Shown: in pieces, positions 63,788-64,000 of the stretch
Numbering within the stretch: the stretch's first letter is position 1
How the letters are laid out: every line of letters begins with the position of its first letter
Source of the DNA: an uncultured Gammaproteobacteria bacterium
GTDB lineage: Bacteria; Patescibacteriota; Microgenomatia; UBA12405
Length of the DNA: 64,000 bases
Direction of reading: 5' to 3'
NCBI GenBank assembly: GCA_964463925.1
Contig: CAYXDV010000002.1
Location: forward strand, 86,729 to 150,728
Translations under genes and position numbers: made by a program
The notes under the pieces: generated by a model
The model's input: the letters and a program-made list of their open reading frames with translations, nothing else
Databases searched by the model: none
What the model was told of the DNA's origin: nothing

Positions 63788-64000
63788 CTAGATTACAATA
63801 GGTTTTTTCCTACCAATATCTCTTGGCGGATCTGCAGTGACCAGAATTTTCTTATTGGGACTCACTGTCAAAACACCCGTACCTCTCCTCGGCGATACAC
63901 GCACAATTTCCTTATATTCATCTCCATTTGTAATCCTCAGCCCATTGGCCCTTCCGTGAACTAAGCCATCTCTATCTGTACTTGGTAATCTCCCTAAATC
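63788..64000 (-). CDS. C-terminal end of an unidentified gene (partial; the coding strand enters from beyond the window)
   Basis: Hand translation of the minus strand gives an open frame ...DLGRLPSTDRDGLVHGRANGLRITNGDEYKEIVRVSPRRGTGVLTVSPNKKILVTADPPRDIGRKKPIVI* ending at the TAG at 63790..63788. It is preferred over the overlapping plus ORF 63710..63964. Confidence 0.4.
   Translation of the reverse strand, partial: DLGRLPSTDRDGLVHGRANGLRITNGDEYKEIVRVSPRRGTGVLTVSPNKKILVTADPPRDIGRKKPIVI

Noticed and set aside
63710-63964. Plus-strand 84-aa ORF at the window end
   Set aside because: It overlaps the end of the SanA-like gene and a better-looking minus-strand open frame (63788..64000) that continues beyond the window. 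Low-complexity translation.
1-64000. Alternative genetic code (UGA = Gly/Trp, as in some reduced-genome lineages)
   Set aside because: Conserved genes (dnaA, dnaN, clpB, trxB) are uninterrupted, and TGA is used as a terminator (e.g. 21609..21611). The standard code is supported.

Overview
This is a 64 kb window from a low-GC, gene-dense bacterial chromosome that uses the standard genetic code: long ORFs are intact and TAA, TAG and TGA are all used as stops. Short housekeeping genes, many small hypothetical membrane or secreted proteins, a Gram-positive-type T4SS core and little biosynthesis suggest a reduced-genome, possibly CPR/Patescibacteria-like organism. That lineage call is inference only.

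The window opens on the chromosomal replication-origin neighbourhood. The minus-strand run yidC(partial)-yidD-rnpA-rpmH (rpmH found by hand, 51 aa) faces a plus-strand run of an orphan receiver-domain protein, dnaA and dnaN. DnaA-box-like 9-mers and an AT-rich stretch sit in the dnaA-dnaN spacer and just upstream of dnaA.

Downstream, a 7.7 kb minus-strand operon encodes a Gram-positive-type type IV secretion core. It contains a compact VirB4-like ATPase with an odd acidic coiled-coil plus (PPL)n tail, an 890-aa cell-wall hydrolase with a C-terminal M23 peptidase domain, and VirB3/VirB8-like membrane proteins.

Housekeeping follows: a 5'-3' exonuclease, a GT4 glycosyltransferase, trxB, a Kef-type antiporter, an ECF sigma/anti-sigma pair, nitroreductase, an epsilon-like exonuclease, DHFR-like and cupin proteins, clpB and two NUDIX genes. 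I built five tRNAs by hand: Arg-CCG, Ser-GGA, Ser-GCU, Arg-GCG and Ser-CGA.

Immediately 3' of tRNA-Ser(GGA) lies a ~5.5 kb plus-strand block of small unrelated accessory genes. These are an LD-carboxypeptidase, a HIT gene, an epimerase, a DMT transporter, a HAD-like protein, an EEP nuclease/phosphatase and a PL7-like protein. They are punctuated by a 37-bp repeat (two identical copies plus degenerate relatives). Two genes in the block are broken by +/-1 indels in A/T homopolymers.

A long minus-strand array (35.2-46.6 kb) encodes several modules in series. It starts with a CpxP/ZraP-like periplasmic protein with a Gly/Met-rich tail, then an OmpR/HK two-component system and a MacAB-like efflux set. 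Next comes a compact flavinylation module: an FMN-binding lipoprotein, ApbE, and a membrane protein with an RnfD/NqrB-like TGAT motif fused to an FNR-like reductase. The array ends with a NUDIX - PLP-aminotransferase-like - radical SAM operon.

A 1122-aa GH18-like/NodB deacetylase/processive GT2 fusion sits with a PIG-L deacetylase, pyrD and a second NodB deacetylase.

The most interesting candidate system is a translationally coupled dCTP deaminase - radical SAM - P-loop kinase triad at 56.7-58.6 kb. Its radical SAM protein has a paralog at 35.5 kb. I could not recognise any CRISPR array, integrase, transposase or phage structural gene by eye.
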